IMG/VR virus record: IMGVR_UViG_3300028886_000057 | Span: 32,001 to 96,000 of that record | Direction: 5' to 3' (one strand) | Source: a virus | Taxonomy: Duplodnaviria > Caudoviricetes | Length of the DNA stretch: 64,000 nucleotides | Part shown: positions 41,020-50,709 of the stretch, in pieces | Layout of the letters: the number at the start of each line of letters is the position of its first letter | Numbering within the stretch: position 1 is the first letter of the stretch | The notes under the pieces: model-generated | The model's input: the letters and a program-made list of their open reading frames with translations, nothing else | Databases searched by the model: none | What the model was told of the DNA's origin: nothing | Position numbers and translations under genes: made by a program

Positions 41020-41370
41020 TTACTTGTTCGCTTCATTCATGCGGTTGTGGAAGGCCACACAATCGTCGATGTAGGCGCTAAGCTGGTCAATGAAGGCTGA
41101 AATGTCAAGGCCCGCGGCTTCGCAGGTTTTCTTGACCATTTCCATCGCAATCTTTTTCGCATCGCCGCCATAGACTTCGAGATGTTCGACCTCTTCCATG
41201 GCCGCGTCGGCTGCGATCATAATGGTATTCCAAACTTCCTTGGCGGACTTCTGCTTCATCAACTTAATCCAGTTGCGGATGGCGAAGAACGCGCCAATGC
41301 CCGTACCGATTAAGCCGCAAAGTCCGGTTAACAATGCGATAAGTCCATTTGCTGTAGTAATCCAATCCAT
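41020..41370 (-). CDS. putative holin
   Basis: Single N-terminal TM followed by a helical domain (GDAKK.AM...YIDDCV). Confidence 0.6.
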   Translation of the reverse strand: MDWITTANGLIALLTGLCGLIGTGIGAFFAIRNWIKLMKQKSAKEVWNTIMIAADAAMEEVEHLEVYGGDAKKIAMEMVKKTCEAAGLDISAFIDQLSAYIDDCVAFHNRMNEANK

Positions 41371-41381
41371 ACCTTACTCCT

Positions 41382-41891
41382 TTACTTTAGTGGTATTCTG
41401 TAGAAATCTTCCATGAGATGATCAACGAAGGAATTGCCGTGCAAGCGGTGATACTGTGCGTATAGCGCTTCCATGTTAGAAGTATCCCATTCGGTGCGGA
41501 ACTTCTGCCAATCGTGGCAGCGCCAATAGTTGTTGAGAATATCATCGCGCAGACTGCATAACGTGCTATCTTTTAGCTCGTCCAAATCATTGCGCACTAT
41601 ACTCATGGTTTCGCCTAATTGTGAATGAACTTTGCCCATTTCTTCACGAATGGTTTGCACCTGTATGTCGCAGCGCTTGTTCATCATCTCGTCCATTTGC
41701 CGCACTTTTTCGGCCTCTTGTAATTTGGCGAGCTGCTCATCACGTTCGCGGCGCTCTGTTTCGGCCTGATCACGTTTTTGATAGCGTTTTTCGATGTGTC
41801 GGGTAACGATTACGGTAACGGCCGCAATAACAGCGGTATTAAGAACGAGCCCGATCGCAGTCACTAACCAACTAATAACTGTAGAATCCAT
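41382..41891 (-). CDS. membrane-anchored coiled-coil protein, lysis-cassette associated
   Basis: N-terminal TM; LRDDIL...LYAQYHRLHGNS; directly upstream of the holin-like gene. Confidence 0.6.
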   Translation of the reverse strand: MDSTVISWLVTAIGLVLNTAVIAAVTVIVTRHIEKRYQKRDQAETERRERDEQLAKLQEAEKVRQMDEMMNKRCDIQVQTIREEMGKVHSQLGETMSIVRNDLDELKDSTLCSLRDDILNNYWRCHDWQKFRTEWDTSNMEALYAQYHRLHGNSFVDHLMEDFYRIPLK

Positions 41892-41972
41892 TAAAACTCC
41901 TGACGAGTATTAGGGCTCGTCTCCTTACTCGATTTAGTATGAAAAGAAACAGAGTTTAAATGCAAGTCCCGA

Positions 41973-42311
41973 CTACTTATCGGACCCCTTATGGGCTTTA
42001 GGGTCGGTGTACAGTTGATTCACGCGAATCTCCTGCTTGTTGTAGCCGCGCTTGGGATCGAAACAGTGGTAATAGTCGCTCCAATATGCTTCGCGCTCAC
42101 CCAGCCGTTCAACGGGGCAGATCTCCAGCATTTCCCACTTAAAGTACTTCCAGTCGGTTTTGAAATCGCGCTGCATAGCTTTGTTGCCATGCGTGCCCTG
42201 CTTGAGCTTGCGCATATGCTGCTTAATGCGCTCGCTAACATGGACGGACTGGCCGACATAGCGCTTACCATTTTTTAAATTAGTTATACAATATATTCCA
42301 GAACGCATCAT
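41973..42311 (-). CDS. small stand-alone GIY-YIG nuclease
   Basis: SGIYCITN...YVGQS...R...H...E...GYN; no DNA-binding tail. Confidence 0.8.
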   Translation of the reverse strand: MMRSGIYCITNLKNGKRYVGQSVHVSERIKQHMRKLKQGTHGNKAMQRDFKTDWKYFKWEMLEICPVERLGEREAYWSDYYHCFDPKRGYNKQEIRVNQLYTDPKAHKGSDK

Positions 42312-42318
42312 ACAATTT

Positions 42319-42405
42319 AGTTTATAAAGCTTGCCCACCTACTGTCAATCTTGCCGCGCCTATATTCGTCCCGTTTTGCTTCAAAAACCAAGCCGATGAG
42401 ATACT
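42319..42405. promoter_or_regulatory. divergent pair of class-2 promoters
   Basis: Minus strand TTGACA-N18-TAAACTAAA (42348-42319); plus strand TTGCTT-N18-GATACTAAA (42376-42405). Confidence 0.6.
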
Positions 42406-42447
42406 AAACTAATGTATGGAGCATTTGTTTAGCTCCGGGAGGAAGTA

Positions 42448-42780
42448 ATGAACAGAGGAGATGCACAAGCCGTATATCTCAATATTACGGTTGACGGCAA
42501 TCCGATCGATCAATACTACGCCGATGAGATTGAAGTTACATTTAACCCAGAGCTACACGGCCATTCGGTTAGAAAGACGCTATCTTCCGGCGACGTTTAT
42601 TGGGATGATGAACAAAACCAATATGCGCTAGTATTGAGTCAAGAAGATACGTTTATTTTACATCCTGGCAATAATACGTGGCAGTTGAGATTGATGAAGG
42701 ACAACTTCGTTATTTCTTCAATTATCGGCAAAATTGCGATTGGTGATGTAAACTCTAAGCGAATCCTTGAATCGGAGTGA
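42448..42780 (+). CDS. small BppU-like adaptor protein, first gene of fibre cassette A
   Basis: MNRGD...LSQEDTF...WQLR pattern; GGAGG RBS. Confidence 0.6.
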   Translation: MNRGDAQAVYLNITVDGNPIDQYYADEIEVTFNPELHGHSVRKTLSSGDVYWDDEQNQYALVLSQEDTFILHPGNNTWQLRLMKDNFVISSIIGKIAIGDVNSKRILESE

Positions 42781-42784
42781 GTTA

Positions 42785-43399
42785 ATGCCAGTCATCACAG
42801 CCACACTAAGCTTCCGTATGCCAGAATTGGCGGTATCATTAGTAAGTAAAGGTCCTCACCTTGACGTTGCTATTGATCCCCATGTATTGGTTGCAGGAGT
42901 TAAAGATGTACGAATTGACGATCAAAGCGTAGTCGATCGCCCAACTCGTATCGCCAACATTGAGTTAGGCGATGGGCTTGAATATAAAAACAAAAAGCTT
43001 AATGTTAAGGGTGGAGCGGTACAGCGCATTATCGTTGACGCCGAGCCCGGCACCGAATCATATCTTACTCCTGCCGAGTTGGCGGCCCTGCTTGCCAACC
43101 CGCAAAACGGACTGGTATATGATTCCACAATATATTATCCCAGCGTTCGAGACGGCGCAGTAACTATTTATAGTACGGCACGTGTTGGCGCAAGATACAA
43201 TACCATTAATGTTAATACATCAACCGGCGCGTTTATTATCGGACATGAAATAGCACCAGACTTGGAAGCGCACATCAACAATACCGATATTCACATTAGC
43301 GCAGTTGAACGACTTAAATGGAATAACAAAGTTTCCGCTGAAGTGGTCGCAGACGGTGAAGATATTCATGACCACAAATTAATTTTAAGAAGAGGTTAG
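42785..43399 (+). CDS. fibre-associated protein
   Basis: HINNTDIHISAVERLKWNNK fibre motif. Confidence 0.65.
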   Translation: MPVITATLSFRMPELAVSLVSKGPHLDVAIDPHVLVAGVKDVRIDDQSVVDRPTRIANIELGDGLEYKNKKLNVKGGAVQRIIVDAEPGTESYLTPAELAALLANPQNGLVYDSTIYYPSVRDGAVTIYSTARVGARYNTINVNTSTGAFIIGHEIAPDLEAHINNTDIHISAVERLKWNNKVSAEVVADGEDIHDHKLILRRG

Positions 43400-43402
43400 G
43401 TT

Positions 43403-44686
43403 ATGCCTGAAAACAACGAAGAGACAAAATTATATATTAGTAAAGTCGAGCTTCCTGATAATGGCGGAACGTTCTATATTAAAGACGAAGAAGCTCGCGC
43501 AGCCATGGGGTTGCACTTCGTCCGCAGTACCAACGCCGGCAATACCCCAAAAGGCGTTACGTGGGACGATGATGGTACACTCATCACTGGTACTTTAGAG
43601 GCCGATGATGCACAAGACGCTATTTACCTTGTTCCTTCTAAGAACGGAATGGGCAAGGACGTCTTTGATGAATATGTACGCGTTCTTGAAGACGGCGCCG
43701 TTAATTACTACTGGGAAAAACTTGGCGACACCGATATTGACTTCGATGACTTACAGAAGTTAGTTAAAACTGTTACTGTAAGCGGCACATCGGCCAATGT
43801 TCTCGGTGCCGGTGCGACTTTCCAAGCACCACAACAGACGGTTAGTGTTACTGCCCCAACCGCTTCTGTTGTCCAGTCAGTAAGTCCGACCAGCACTAAG
43901 CTCGTAACTGCCAACATTAAACCTGCTGGCGCAGATGTTACTGTTTCGGTCGTTTCGTCTGTTACCAATTACAGCGCTACTTATGTAACATTCAACCCGG
44001 ATGTTACGGCTCACTATGTTACCGCTACTTCACATAATGTTTCCTATATTGAAGCGACAAACACATCGGCTTCGCGCATAACCAGCTCTCCGTCTATAAC
44101 CTTTACTCCGGTTGCTGGACAGGTTGCTGCTTGCGATATTAGCTATGACGCTTCGGCGGCGGCTTCCGACTTGAACAAAGTCGTTTATCGCACCTATGTT
44201 GAAAATGAGACCTTGAAGTTTGGTCGTGCAGCGGTTACACACGCTTCTGTCGCTACAGCCGCTACACAATCCATTACCGCGGTGCAGAGTATTTCTTACT
44301 CCGCCATTAGCGCGTCTTACATTACATCCAATGTTACGCACAGCGTTGATAGCGTATCATTGACTGCTCGTACCGTTCCGCAAATTGCCGGTGCCGTTAC
44401 GCACAGCGTCAGCGCCGTTGTTACTGAGCAGAAGGTTCTTACCGAACCAGCTGCAGATACAGTTGCCGTTGCAACTGGTGCCGTTTCTACCAATGGTGCA
44501 GGTGCAGTTGTTGTTACTGGTGTTACTTCTACGCCGACCAATGTTGTTACGAGTGTTACTGGTACCGTTCCTTCCCACAACATTACTGTTACCAACAAAG
44601 ACCAGAAAACGGCGGTTACATCGGTTACTACCACTGCAACCAAAGTCGACAGTACGACTCAAACAAGCACATATCCAAACAACTAA
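43403..44686 (+). CDS. Val/Thr/Ser-rich fibre-like protein
   Basis: YIKDEEAR and AIYLVP...FDEY...WEKLGDT motifs; low-complexity beta-rich body. Confidence 0.7.
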   Translation: MPENNEETKLYISKVELPDNGGTFYIKDEEARAAMGLHFVRSTNAGNTPKGVTWDDDGTLITGTLEADDAQDAIYLVPSKNGMGKDVFDEYVRVLEDGAVNYYWEKLGDTDIDFDDLQKLVKTVTVSGTSANVLGAGATFQAPQQTVSVTAPTASVVQSVSPTSTKLVTANIKPAGADVTVSVVSSVTNYSATYVTFNPDVTAHYVTATSHNVSYIEATNTSASRITSSPSITFTPVAGQVAACDISYDASAAASDLNKVVYRTYVENETLKFGRAAVTHASVATAATQSITAVQSISYSAISASYITSNVTHSVDSVSLTARTVPQIAGAVTHSVSAVVTEQKVLTEPAADTVAVATGAVSTNGAGAVVVTGVTSTPTNVVTSVTGTVPSHNITVTNKDQKTAVTSVTTTATKVDSTTQTSTYPNN

Positions 44687-44699
44687 TAATTTCATTAAC

Positions 44700-44726
44700 G
44701 GGCGGGCTTTTGCCCGCCCAATTTTT
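44700..44726 (+). terminator. intrinsic terminator
   Basis: GGGCGGGC-TTTT-GCCCGCCC followed by AATTTTT. Confidence 0.7.
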
Positions 44727-44739
44727 GTAGGAGGTTTTT

Positions 44740-46089
44740 ATGCCTGAATTTTTACATAAAATCCATGCTATTGAAGATAGTGATGGCGTTACACAGGAAA
44801 TTGTGCCACTTGGTCTTCAAAATAATGGTTATACGGCAACCTTGCCTACTTTAAGCGCGGACGCAACAATTGCGCTTGCTGGCGACTTCCCTACCGTTAA
44901 TAATGGTATTTTAACGATACAAAAGAACGGAACACAGGTTGCGACATTCTCCGCTAACCAAAGCGAGAATGTTACTGCCAACATTACCGTTCCCACTACC
45001 TTAGACGACATCAGCGACGGTTCTACAAGAAAATTAAGTAATTATTTACCACGTTCTGGTGGTTCTGGAAGTCCATTAACAGCGCCAGTATATGTTAATC
45101 ATGCAGACTTAACGTTCATTGGTACAAAGGGCGCTTTTGGATTCAGAGCAACAAATCCATCCGTGTCAAGCAAGCATTTAGGACAAGTCAATATTAGCAA
45201 AAACTTTGGTGGAGATGGAAGCCAATATGGCGTTCAAATGTCTGGCTTAGACATTACCAATAACGTATATAACCAATTTAGAGTATATCAATCAGGTATT
45301 GCATATCAGCAATATAACAATGCTAGTGGTGCGACTACGAATATATTTACTGTAGATACAACTGGTATGCTGCAAACCCTTTCTGATATATACGAGGGCG
45401 GCACAGCCGAAGCTAATAAATTATCGAATAAGTATTTAGGTAAGACCGCTAAAGCCGCAGACTCTGATAAATTAGACGGGCAAGATGGCAGTTATTATTT
45501 AAATTATAATAATTTAACAAATAAACCAACAATCCCAACCGTTAATAATGCTGCTCTTACTATTCAAAAGAACGGTACCACAATCGCCACTTTCTCGGCC
45601 AACCAAGCCACTGCAGTGACGGCCAATATTACTGTTCCTACTACTTTAGACGACATCAGCGATGGTTCTACGAGAAAATTAAGTAACTATGTCCTTTTAA
45701 ACGGCAGTAACACCGGCTCAGGCGATCTATCTTATGAGCAGACTGTGACTGTTGAAGGCGTTACTTATACAAAAGGCGCGTATATAGATTCTGAAGCGGT
45801 AGGTGCATACGAGCATAATCTTAGCACTCATGCCCAATACGCCGCCCATTTGTATCCAACACATATCGTATATAACGATACAGAAGGACATGCTTGCGCC
45901 CTTTCTTTTGAAAATGCTAATTCTGGCACAATTGCTGTTACAAGTGATCTCGCGACAAAGCAAGACACACTCGTTTCAGGTACTAATATTAAAACCATCA
46001 ACAGTCAATCTATCTTAGGTTCTGGTAATTTAGAAATCACGGTTTACGATTATGCAACCAACGCTGAGATAGACGAAATATTCGCTTAA
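44740..46089 (+). CDS. tail fibre protein
   Basis: Duplicated PTVNN..LTIQKNGT module, AADSDKLDG, KQDTLVSGTNIKTIN. Confidence 0.75.
   Translation: MPEFLHKIHAIEDSDGVTQEIVPLGLQNNGYTATLPTLSADATIALAGDFPTVNNGILTIQKNGTQVATFSANQSENVTANITVPTTLDDISDGSTRKLSNYLPRSGGSGSPLTAPVYVNHADLTFIGTKGAFGFRATNPSVSSKHLGQVNISKNFGGDGSQYGVQMSGLDITNNVYNQFRVYQSGIAYQQYNNASGATTNIFTVDTTGMLQTLSDIYEGGTAEANKLSNKYLGKTAKAADSDKLDGQDGSYYLNYNNLTNKPTIPTVNNAALTIQKNGTTIATFSANQATAVTANITVPTTLDDISDGSTRKLSNYVLLNGSNTGSGDLSYEQTVTVEGVTYTKGAYIDSEAVGAYEHNLSTHAQYAAHLYPTHIVYNDTEGHACALSFENANSGTIAVTSDLATKQDTLVSGTNIKTINSQSILGSGNLEITVYDYATNAEIDEIFA
44893..45690 (+). repeat. ~153-bp imperfect direct repeat (44893-45045 and 45538-45690)
   Basis: Both copies encode TVNN..LTIQKNGT..ATFSANQ...VTANITVPTTLDDISDGSTRKLSNY. 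Confidence 0.85.
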
Positions 46090-47335
46090 GGAGAATTAAA
46101 CAATGGCAGGTGTAGTATGTGACGTTTATATAAATAATTCACATGTAGCTCAAACTAATACTTCACAAACCTGTGAGATAACAGAGACTGGGTTGAAACT
46201 AGGCGGCTCGGTTGTGTGGACGCACTCAGGAACAAGGGTCTTTAAGGGGTTTGCGGCCTCTCAAGGCGTTTCGTCTCCAGCGACGGGGCTGGAGGTTGGT
46301 CAAACACTGACAGTGGGCGATGTCTCCGCTCTTACAGGGCAATCATATGACATAATCCATATCTATTCCGTCGAAAGCGCCCCGAATAGAACTATATCGC
46401 TTGAGAACCTTTACGAGTTCAAATATAAACTAGATGAAGTAAAGCAAGATAAGCTCGTCAGCGGAACTAACATTAAAACAGTTAACAGCCAAAGCATTCT
46501 CGGTTCCGGTAACATTAGTACTCCCAACACGAATTACTACCATGTCGCAGGTTCTTGGAGCGGCTTATCCTATATTTTAACTGGTAAAGGCGGCGCATCT
46601 AATATTGTAATCACTTTACCGACTGGCACCAGCTCGACGACTGTTGCCGCTGGTAATCATAACCACAACTCGTTATATTTAGGTATTAATGCCAAAGCCA
46701 CAGACTCAGACAAGTTAGATGGCTATGACTCATCTCACTTCCAAACAGCCTTATCTACGCAGACAGCATATTCAGCTAAAGGTAGTGCAACAAAGGTTCC
46801 GCAAATTACAACTAATAGTTTAGGCCAAGTAACTAATATTACTGAAGTGGCTATTAGCAATACTTGGCGTTCTGTTCAAATTGATGGAGATGAAAAATTA
46901 GGCAGCGGCATTTCTACAGGAGCGCTTAACTTTCAATCAAGTTCCACTATTCAACCGTTGTTTAGCACCACGACTAATAGCTTTTCTTTCCAAAGCACGA
47001 TTTGGAGATACACAAGTTCAACATACGAGGCAGAAACAGAAGCTAGAATAAACATCGGTCGATACTTAGTAATTTATGACGATTATAGAAATGAGGCGGC
47101 CCCTACAGCTCGTCCAGCCAGTTTTACTGGAATGTCAGATCCTGATGCATATTTTTATTGCACAGGCATAACTATCCATGATGGTAATGATGGAGCAGCT
47201 GATATAACACTAAGTTACCCAGACCATAGCGGTGTAATCGTGGTGACCAGCGACCTTGAAACAAAGCAAGACACGCTCGTTTCAGGAGCGAATATCAAAA
47301 CAATCAACGACCAAAGCCTTCTCGGTACTGGCAAC
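45958..47335 (+). repeat. three copies of a ~72-bp module across two genes (45958-46029, 46442-46513, 47264-47335)
   Basis: KQD(T/K)LVSG(T/A)NIKT(I/V)N(S/D)QS(I/L)LG(S/T)GN. Confidence 0.85.
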
Positions 47336-47380
47336 ATTAACACAAAAATTGAAATCGTGGATTTAACTGTATTATCCTAA
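46103..47380 (+). CDS. tail fibre protein
   Basis: Shares the KQD.LVSG and DSDKLDG modules; VAAGNHNH motif. Confidence 0.75.
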   Translation: MAGVVCDVYINNSHVAQTNTSQTCEITETGLKLGGSVVWTHSGTRVFKGFAASQGVSSPATGLEVGQTLTVGDVSALTGQSYDIIHIYSVESAPNRTISLENLYEFKYKLDEVKQDKLVSGTNIKTVNSQSILGSGNISTPNTNYYHVAGSWSGLSYILTGKGGASNIVITLPTGTSSTTVAAGNHNHNSLYLGINAKATDSDKLDGYDSSHFQTALSTQTAYSAKGSATKVPQITTNSLGQVTNITEVAISNTWRSVQIDGDEKLGSGISTGALNFQSSSTIQPLFSTTTNSFSFQSTIWRYTSSTYEAETEARINIGRYLVIYDDYRNEAAPTARPASFTGMSDPDAYFYCTGITIHDGNDGAADITLSYPDHSGVIVVTSDLETKQDTLVSGANIKTINDQSLLGTGNINTKIEIVDLTVLS

Positions 47381-47394
47381 AAAAGAGAAGAATT

Positions 47395-47979
47395 ATGAAA
47401 TTTAAACTTGCTAATGGAGGAGTCATAGCTTCAACTAAGCAGCCCCTCCAAAATAAAAATTTTGATCGAATTGAAATTAGTGATGATTATGATGGTACGG
47501 CGCTAGAAGACCAAGGACTAGGTGATGGTGATGTTCAATTTACAGTAACATTGTACAACCCATCTACCAGAATGATTAGAAAAAGCTATAATAGACCTTT
47601 CGGTATTAGTATAGGGGTAGAGACCCTAGGGAATACTGGAGGTGGGTATACTACAAAACACCCTTACATGGGGGAGAACTTTCCTCAAATTGCATTAACG
47701 AATTTAAATTATGGTTCTATAATTGAGGTATACTTCTATCCACGGTTGGCGTTTTCCAAGTCTCATTATAGCCATACAGTCAATCCGTTAACAAAGGCGA
47801 CTGGTTGGACAAAAGGTGATATAGTTGATCATTTTATTTCAGAAGAGTATGAGTATCAATATGAAGTACAGGTTAGAAGTACTGCGTCGATAGGTGGAAG
47901 AAACTCAAATCGCCGTTCTGATTGCAGAAGGATCGTAAGAAGAATACCATACAAAATTAAATACAAGGTACACAACTAA
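47395..47979 (+). CDS. hypothetical protein with very basic C-terminus
   Basis: 194 aa ending RNSNRRSDCRRIVRRIPYKIKYKVHN. Confidence 0.65.
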   Translation: MKFKLANGGVIASTKQPLQNKNFDRIEISDDYDGTALEDQGLGDGDVQFTVTLYNPSTRMIRKSYNRPFGISIGVETLGNTGGGYTTKHPYMGENFPQIALTNLNYGSIIEVYFYPRLAFSKSHYSHTVNPLTKATGWTKGDIVDHFISEEYEYQYEVQVRSTASIGGRNSNRRSDCRRIVRRIPYKIKYKVHN

Positions 47980-47981
47980 GT

Positions 47982-48044
47982 ATAGACCCGGAGTGAGGTC
48001 CAGATGTTGATTACTCCATCTGTTGGTAGTGGGGCAGGGTTTAT
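47982..48044 (+). ncRNA. candidate structured RNA (pseudoknot or kissing hairpins)
   Basis: GC-rich island in an AT-rich spacer; ATAGACCC/GGGTTTAT, GGAGTGA/TTACTCC, CAGATG/CATCTG, GACC/GGTC. Confidence 0.45.
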
Positions 48045-48076
48045 TTAATAATAAACATAAAGAATAAGGAGGCGTC

Positions 48077-48553
48077 ATGGCAAATCCAACATTACAAAAA
48101 ATAATTAAACTGACGCAAGCGCAGTACAATACTCTCGATGCAGGCGGCACTGTTGGCGGTTATACTGGATTAAATGATAATTATCTTTATTTAATTCAAA
48201 GCGATGATACTCCAGTATTACTTTGGCAAAATACTAATCCTTCATCAGCATTTGCAGCACAGACAATAACTATTAGTAACAGTGCCGCATATCAATATTT
48301 GGTTATTGGCGTAAAAAATTACATGAATTGGACTAGTTACAATTTTATCAAAATAAAAAATACTGTCGGAGGTAACGCAATGCTTTATTCTATAGAAACC
48401 GACGGCACTAAGTTTATAGGAACAAAGTCAAGAAAAGTAACTATAACGAGCAATACGCGTATTACATTCTCGGCCGCCTGGGACACGAATAATAATGTGC
48501 AAAACAACGGTGTTTGTACGCCAGTAATCATATACGGAACGAATGTCTTATAA
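48077..48553 (+). CDS. small fibre-tip/receptor-binding protein
   Basis: LTQAQYNTL...NYLYLI followed by LLWQNTNPSSAFAAQTI...IYG. Confidence 0.65.
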   Translation: MANPTLQKIIKLTQAQYNTLDAGGTVGGYTGLNDNYLYLIQSDDTPVLLWQNTNPSSAFAAQTITISNSAAYQYLVIGVKNYMNWTSYNFIKIKNTVGGNAMLYSIETDGTKFIGTKSRKVTITSNTRITFSAAWDTNNNVQNNGVCTPVIIYGTNVL

Positions 48554-48564
48554 AGGTATGTAGC

Positions 48565-48948
48565 ATGAACGAAAAACTTACTAAAAACCTCATAAGCGTT
48601 ACGCCCACCTCGCGTTTTAATGCGCAGTCCTTTCCTCTAGTCAAAGGGCAAGTTATCAAACTCACGCAGGAAGAGTTGGACGAAATCGGCAAGACCAAGC
48701 AGTTTGACCTTGAGAACCTGCGCATAATCGACTACGACCCAGAAACAGATCCAGAGGCAATAGAACAGCGTAAGCAAGAGGAAATAGCAGTCCTCAAAGC
48801 ATATCTGGCCTCAACGGATTGGGTAATAACGAAAATCTCCGAAGCGGATACAGTGGAAGAGCAAACGGCACTGCGCGAAAAGTATGCCGATACTATTGCG
48901 CAACGTAAGGCGGCAAGGGCTAGGATAAACGAGCTAGACCTAATATAA
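48565..48948 (+). CDS. tail-fibre assembly chaperone-like protein
   Basis: LKAYLASTDW...RKAARARINEL motif; last gene of the cassette. Confidence 0.6.
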   Translation: MNEKLTKNLISVTPTSRFNAQSFPLVKGQVIKLTQEELDEIGKTKQFDLENLRIIDYDPETDPEAIEQRKQEEIAVLKAYLASTDWVITKISEADTVEEQTALREKYADTIAQRKAARARINELDLI

Positions 48949-48969
48949 CTGCCTAAAGGCCATACAGTC

Positions 48970-48995
48970 AAAGGGTTCTTACGAACCCTTTTTTC
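48970..48995 (+). terminator. intrinsic terminator ending cassette A
   Basis: AAAGGGTTC-TTAC-GAACCCTTT followed by a T run. Confidence 0.8.
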
Positions 48996-49011
48996 TTTTA
49001 CCTCTCCATCC

Positions 49012-49041
49012 TTGCAATCAAATCTCGTTCCCTTCTATACT
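49012..49041 (+). promoter_or_regulatory. class-2 promoter for cassette B
   Basis: TTGCAA-N18-TATACTAAAAT. Confidence 0.65.
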
Positions 49042-49066
49042 AAAATAAGTACTGTGAGGTAAAATC

Positions 49067-49441
49067 ATGGCAAATAACTCCACTATTAAAGCCGCCAAAG
49101 CCAGTCCCCGCATTGAGGCCGGCAATTTAAAATGGTACGTTGGCGACTCGTTCCAAATAATTTGGCAAATAGAACTTATCCGCGAAGACGAACCCATCGT
49201 CTACGACCCCGAAGACCATATCGTCTTTTCTTTCTTCACCGCCGAACGTGACCCCAAACCTGTCCATACGTTCGACTTTTCCAATATCCAAAACAATACC
49301 GTAACGCTCGACTTTACGCCCGAAATTTCGGCCAAATTTAAAGCGGGCACTTACTCCTTCTGCGGCAAATATATTGATAAAGACGGTCGCCCCATTACGA
49401 TCTACGCCAATGAGCACGTGGAGGTTCAACCATGTCACTAA
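49067..49441 (+). CDS. small BppU-like adaptor protein, first gene of fibre cassette B
   Basis: WYVGDSF...LDFTPEISAKFKAGTY pattern. Confidence 0.6.
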   Translation: MANNSTIKAAKASPRIEAGNLKWYVGDSFQIIWQIELIREDEPIVYDPEDHIVFSFFTAERDPKPVHTFDFSNIQNNTVTLDFTPEISAKFKAGTYSFCGKYIDKDGRPITIYANEHVEVQPCH

Positions 49442-50709
49442 AAATTAATGACAATATTGATTTACCCAACTCAATCACCGCGCATAACCGTATTTCCCTT
49501 AACTCGGTAAGTGTCAGTGGTGGCGGTGCGTCGCCCGAACTAATCGCGCGTGTCGCGAAGTTGGAGCGCACGGTTACTAAGCAACAAGGCGCCATTGAAG
49601 AAATGGACCGCGATCTTGATGGTGTGCATGGTACGCTGGAATCGGTCGACACCGACATCACCGAACTCGATACTGCGATGACTGCGGCTGAAGGTGAAAT
49701 CGACGCTATTCATAATAAAAACGCCGCGCAAGATGTAGTTATCGCTTCCAAGCAAGACCAGCTTACATTCGATGCCACGCCCACTGAAGATAGCGGCAAC
49801 CCCGTTACTAGTGACGGTATTTTTAAGTCGCTCGCGGATGTAATAGAAATTGCGGAAGGCAAGACAAGTTCCTTTACTCTTTCGGCGCAGACGGTCGGCA
49901 ACGAGGCGTTTAACTCGCAAGCCGGATCTATTGAAGTGACGTTGTTTACGGATATTAACGGTAATGAAGTTACGGCCGATAAGTTAAAAATTGGCGATAT
50001 TATTTTAGTTACGGAACTTGATGTGCCGGATCGCTGGGTTGGTACAGTAGGAGAAACTGTTACACTTTACCGGATGGAAACGGCGAAAGTGGACTTAACG
50101 GCATATTATACCAAAACAGAAGCGGACGCATTGTTGAGTGGCAAAGTTGACAATACGACACTCGATGAATATTATACGAAATTGTTAAGTGATGCTAGAT
50201 ACTTTCGCGTTATCGACCCTCCCGCAAGCACGACTTTGACTGATGAGGAAGTGGAATTGTTCAAACAAGGTGCGCAAATTAATGGGACATTTGCCGGGTT
50301 TGAAAAGCCAACCATCTTTCCTTTATTTGATATGGCATTTGCTAGCCTTGATTCATATTGTGGTATGATGTGCGGTAATGTTGTGAACGCTGGAGGAGTG
50401 TTCAAATTTAAACAATACAGGCTAAACAAAACTACCAAGGTTTTCACTACCAAATCGGATGGTGCAGGACAATTATCTTTTGGTCTATGGGATGGTGAAT
50501 ATGTTGATTTAGGAACGAGAGTCAACATAAATCAAAAACGCTGGCCTCCTTCATGGCCTGCTGCTGGTATGATCACTAAACTAAGGTATGCTAACCATGT
50601 TATGTCTTGGGCAGATGATTATGATTTCATTACCTTAACCCAAGCCGATTACGACGCTATGGCAAGTCATGACGATAACACCTTTTACTTCATTCCGGAG
50701 GAAGAGTAA
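49432..50709 (+). CDS. tail fibre protein (coiled coil plus fibre modules)
   Basis: KQDQLTFDATPTEDSGNPVTSDG, VPDRW, YYTKTEAD, C-terminal LTQADYDAM...NTFYFI. Confidence 0.75.
   Translation: MSLKINDNIDLPNSITAHNRISLNSVSVSGGGASPELIARVAKLERTVTKQQGAIEEMDRDLDGVHGTLESVDTDITELDTAMTAAEGEIDAIHNKNAAQDVVIASKQDQLTFDATPTEDSGNPVTSDGIFKSLADVIEIAEGKTSSFTLSAQTVGNEAFNSQAGSIEVTLFTDINGNEVTADKLKIGDIILVTELDVPDRWVGTVGETVTLYRMETAKVDLTAYYTKTEADALLSGKVDNTTLDEYYTKLLSDARYFRVIDPPASTTLTDEEVELFKQGAQINGTFAGFEKPTIFPLFDMAFASLDSYCGMMCGNVVNAGGVFKFKQYRLNKTTKVFTTKSDGAGQLSFGLWDGEYVDLGTRVNINQKRWPPSWPAAGMITKLRYANHVMSWADDYDFITLTQADYDAMASHDDNTFYFIPEEE

Noticed and set aside
47982-48044. Known self-cleaving ribozyme (HDV/theta, hammerhead, twister, pistol)
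   Set aside because: Stem order and core nucleotides did not match by eye; kept only as an unclassified structured element
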